64,000 bases of DNA from Mustelus asterias (lineage: Eukaryota): positions 1,116,001 to 1,180,000 of the forward strand of contig NW_027590120.1 of NCBI RefSeq assembly GCF_964213995.1, read 5' to 3'. The notes under the pieces are model-generated. The model did not search any database, was not told the DNA's origin, and saw only the letters and a program-made list of their open reading frames with translations. The translations under genes and the position numbers were made by a program. Shown in pieces: positions 59,401 through 64,000 of this stretch; position 1 is the stretch's first letter; each line of letters begins with the position of its first letter.

Positions 59401-60075
59401 GGGTTTAATGTCTATTAAGTCCCATCTTATGTGTACCCATATACAGATGGGTACACATAAGATGGTTGCCTGGCACACAAACAGTCACCCGGGAAAGAGA
59501 CATTAAAGTCAAATCGGTTCTATAGTGTCGTCCCTCTATTCTGGGGTTGTGTGCCGTGTAAACCCTTTCAGTATTCCTGATGGCAGGTGATGGGAACGGA
59601 ACAGATGCCTGGTCAACAATACTGCAGAGGTCAATGGCAATCCGCTGGAATAATTTGAAATAAACAGTCACAGAATGATAAGGACATTCATGGTCACCAA
59701 TGCCCTCTTAGGGCATGGTAACTGGAAGAGCAGGAGGTGGATGGCACAAGAGGCCTAGAGAGTGGACTCTATAAATCATTGCATTCCAATGCCTCTGGGC
59801 AGACTGGGCAACAATGTTTGCACAACGTTTCTCATCAATAAACAAATCTACTTAAAAATAACGGCGTCCACAGTTCCTTATTTGTTAACCAACAAAACCA
59901 CAATCCTACACTAGAAGTTGATGCATGTACTTTACATTGTGATTATATTAATCCGTCAAGCCTGCTTCGACAGCACCTTGCGAACCCGGAATCTCTTCCA
60001 TCTAGAAGGATAAGTGGAACAGCTGCATGAGAACACCCCTTCAAGCCGCACACCATCCTCATTTTGAACCATATC

Positions 60076-60408
60076 ATAGAATCATAGAAACGCTACAGTG
60101 CAGAAAGAGGCCAGTTGGCCCATCGAGTCTGCACCGACCACAATCGCACCAAAGCCCAACCCCATTTCCCTGCTAATTTTACCCACTAATCCCTCTAACC
60201 TACGTATCTCAGGACACTAAGGGGCAATTTTTAGCATGGCCAATCAACCTAACCCGCACATCTTTGGACTGTGGGAGGAAACCGGAGCACCCGGAGGAAA
60301 CCCACGCAGACACGAGGAGAATGTGCAAACTCCACACAGACAGTGACCCGAGCTGGGAATCGAACCCAGGTCCCTGGAGCTGTGAAGCAGCAGTGCTAAC
60401 CACTGTGC
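60076..60408 (-). mobile_element. HE1-type SINE
   Basis: Near full-length reverse copy. Confidence 0.85.
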
Positions 60409-60743
60409 TCTACGTAACGCGGCTCCCTTGCGTCAAAATCCTGGAATTGGTTTTCGGTTTAAGATTACGGGCAGAGGACAACAAATCAGAAAAGTATGAA
60501 AGGAGAATTGAAGGAAAGTGAGACATTACGAGTGCGAAATACAAAGTCAAAAGCTGTGAGAAAGACAGAAAGGAAGAGATTCAGAAATGACCCTGAATGC
60601 ATTGTGCTTTCAAATTACTCATATTTCACTCACGTCTATTTATATAGTTGCATTGTTTGAAAACACGTCTCTCAGTCAAAGCCCGCTGGAGACGGCCCAT
60701 CGACAACCTTGCACTTGCGGACAGCGTCACGTAACCTGAGTCA

Positions 60744-60757
60744 CCGCCAGAGGGCGC
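60744..60757 (+). promoter_or_regulatory. CTCF-like motif
   Basis: ccgccagagggcgc, in the same orientation as the motif at 57518. Confidence 0.55.
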
Positions 60758-60891
60758 AGTCGTCACATATTTCTCCCAACTTGAAATGATGGCGACAAAA
60801 CCTCTGGCACCATTCGCATATCGCTGCTATTGGCAGTAACCACACAGTCCCATTTTTCTGCTCTCACCTCATGTATCCTGTATTAGTAAAT

Positions 60892-61185
60892 GGGCGACAC
60901 GGTGGCACAATGGCTGGCATTCCTGCCTCATAGCAAAGGGGGCCCAGGTTCAATTCCAGCCTTGGGTAACTGCCTGTGTGGGGTTTTCACCTTCTCCCCG
61001 ACTCTACGTGCGTTTCCTCCCACAGTCCAAAAATGTGCAGGTTAGGTGGAATAGCCATGTCCCTTAGTGTTAGGGGGATTAGGAGATTAACACGCGGGGT
61101 TACGGGGATAGGGCCTTGGTGTGACTGTTGTCGGTGCAAGCTTAATGGGCTGAATGGCCTCCTTCGGCACTGTAGGGATTCTATG
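60892..61185 (+). mobile_element. HE1-type SINE
   Basis: gggcgacacggtggcacaatgg head, gggattctatg tail. Confidence 0.8.
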
Positions 61186-62087
61186 AAGATACTTCTGTCG
61201 ATTTACTTGTTTGGCACTGGTTGTATCAGAAATGCGGGTGGATCTATGAGCGTTGTGGGGGCGTGAATCTGTGTTTCCACTCCAGGAGAATATTTCCTGA
61301 GCTGCAACGTTACTGATTCGGGAGAAGGACCTCTGCTCGTCAATATATCACTTTTTCACTTAGCGTTTCCTTCCCAATTAAAAGTAAAGAATATGCTGTT
61401 CTCCTGACTGCTGTAATTTAGGTATTACTATTAATCAAATGATGACTACTCTTTTTAAAGAAAAATATTGATTGGGTGTCGGTCACAAGTCCACGATTTT
61501 GTCGATCACTAATTGTCCTCGAAACGGGCTGGGCTATTTGAGAGTTAGTTATGTGACTACAGTTGTTCTGTAGTCACACACAGACCAGGCTAGGCTAGGA
61601 AGGCAGATTTCCTTCCACAAAGTGCATTAGTGAACCAGGTGGATTTGCAGTGATCGCGTTCGGAACGATCATTGCGAGTAGCTTTCAATATCAATTAATC
61701 ACATTTAAATTTAACCAGCTGCTGGGGTAGAATTTTGACTACTTTTCTCGTAAATCGAATTTAAATGTAACCAGTTGATATGATGGGATTGAACTACTTT
61801 TCCCAAAGCATCATTCTGGGTCCGTGAATTGCTTTTCCAGTGGCCCCATGTTGACAATGATTAAAAAGAAAAAGCGGAAGTTCTTGAAGTTGACACTTCC
61901 CAGTATATTATATGAGATGGGGCCACAACTACCAAGTGCAACTTGTTGTCCCTGATGGACCTTTGAAGAAAAGGCAATGTCATAATTAGCTGCACTATAA
62001 TTTGATATCCTAATCCTACTGATTTCAGGCATGGTCAAGTTTCAGTACAACATCCACAGTACACTTTTTACATTATCTCAGGAACAA

Positions 62088-63740
62088 TAAACATAGAACA
62101 TAGAACATTACAGCGCAGAACAGGCCCTTCGGCCCACGATGTTGCACCGACCAGTTAAAAAAAAAACTGTGACCCTCCAACCTAAACCAATTTCTTTTCG
62201 TCCATGAACCTATCTACGGATCTCTTAAACGCCCCCAAACTAGGCGCATTTACTACTGATGCTGGCAGGGCATTCCAATCCCTCACCACCCTCTGGGTAA
62301 AGAACCTACCCCTGACATCGGTTCTATAACTACCCCCCCTCAATTTAAAGCCATGCCCCCTCGTGCTGGATTTCTCCATCAGAGGAAAAAGGCTATCACT
62401 ATCCACCCTATCTAAACCTCTAATCATCTTATATGTTTCAATAAGATCCCCTCTTAGCCGCCGCCTTTCCAGCGAAAACAATCCCAAATCCCTCAGCCTC
62501 TCCTCATAGGATCTCCCCTCCATACCAGGCAACATCCTGGTAAACCTCCTCTGCACCCTCTCCAAAGCCTCCACATCCTTCCTGTAATGTGGGGACCAGA
62601 ACTGCACACAGTACTCCAAGTGCGGCCGCACCAGAGTTGTGTACAGTTGCAACATAACGCTACGACTCCTAAATTCAATCCCCCTACCAATAAACGCCAA
62701 GACACCATATGCCTTCTTAACAACCTTATCTACTTGATTCCCAACTTTCAGGGATCTATGCACACATACACCTAGATCCCTCTGCTCCTCCACACTATTC
62801 AAAGTCCTCCCGTTAGCCCTATACTCAACACATCTGTTATTCCTACCAAAGTGAATTACCTCACACTTCTCCGCATTAAACTCCATCCGCCACCTCTCGG
62901 CCCAACTTTGCAACCTGTCTAAGTCTTCCTGCAAACTACGACACCCTTCCTCACTGTCTACCACACCACCGACTTTGGTGTCATCAGCAAATTTGCTAAT
63001 CCACCCAACTATACCCTCATCCAGATCATTAATAAATATTACAAACAGCAGTGGCCCCAAAACAGATCCCTGAGGTACACCACTTGTAACCGCACTCCAT
63101 GATGAATATTTACTATCAACCACCACCCTCTGTTTCCTATCCGCTAGCCAATTCCTGATCCAATTTCCTAGATCACCCCCAATCCCATACATCTGCATTT
63201 TCTGCAGAAGCCTACCATGGTGAACCTTATCAAACGCCTTACTAAAATCCATATATACCACGTCCACTGCCTTGCCCCCATCCACCTCCTTGGTCACTTT
63301 CTCAAAAAACTCAATAAGGTTAGTAAGGCACGACCTACCTGCCACAAAACCATGCTGACTATCACCTATCAATTCATTACTCTCCAAATAACTATAAATC
63401 CTATCCCTTATAATTTTTTCCAACATCTTGCCGACAACAGAAGTGAGACTCACCGGTCTATAATTCCCGGGGAAGTCTCTGTTCCCCTTCTTAAACAATG
63501 GGACAACATTCGCTAACCTCCAATCTTCTGGTACTATACCAGAGGCCAACGACGACCCGAAGATCAGAGCCAGAGGCTCTGCAATCACTTCTCTTGCCTC
63601 CCAGAGAATCCTTGGATAAATCCCATCCGGACCAGGGGATTTATCTATTTTCAGACCCTCCAGAATATCCTGCACATCCTCCTTATCAACTGTAATACTG
63701 TCTATTCTACTCCCTTGCAACCCAGTGTCCTCCTCAGCTC
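62088..63740 (-). mobile_element. 5'-truncated young CR1 with 512-aa open RT frame (62182-63720)
   Basis: Full RT motif set without stops; (ctatgtt)n tail at about 62089-62107. Confidence 0.92.
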
Positions 63741-64000
63741 ACTGATCGACTTCCCTGTTCCTTTAGTAAAACAACGAAGATTGCAAAGTATCTCACAGCC
63801 CATCCGCTGATATCTGAACATTCGAACACAAAAATTAGGCTGCCTGCAATCTGCTCTACCATTCAGTCAGATTACAGTTCATCTGATCTTCCGTTTAAAT
63901 CCACTTTGCTGCCTTGATCTTCTTGAACCGTGGCATAAATTTTAGTTAAAATGTTGGTTTCACTCAGCTTTAAAATTATTCTGTGGCCCTCAGCCTCCAC

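Overview
Eukaryotic, repeat-rich vertebrate DNA. The HE1-type tRNA-SINEs, CR1 LINE subfamilies and V-gene style point to a cartilaginous fish (shark); that assignment is inference. Bases 8-50 kb hold a cluster of seven C2H2 zinc-finger loci with no visible KRAB/SCAN/BTB domain: two with uninterrupted arrays (D, G), two open but 3'-truncated (B, E), one split by a young CR1 insertion (F) and two decayed (A, C). Several are arranged head-to-head around a duplicated CpG-island promoter core. The cluster is embedded in nested non-LTR retroelements: CR1 (one copy with an uninterrupted 970-aa ORF2), Tx1, Rex1/Babar, L2, two SINE families, and Penelope-derived non-autonomous elements whose pseudo-LTRs carry minimal hammerhead-ribozyme cores. 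Beyond the cluster lie a truncated tRNA-Pro and one intact T-cell-receptor alpha/delta-like V gene segment (leader exon, intron, V exon, 23-bp-spacer RSS) with an upstream CTCF-like motif. All calls were read by eye, and repeat boundaries are approximate.
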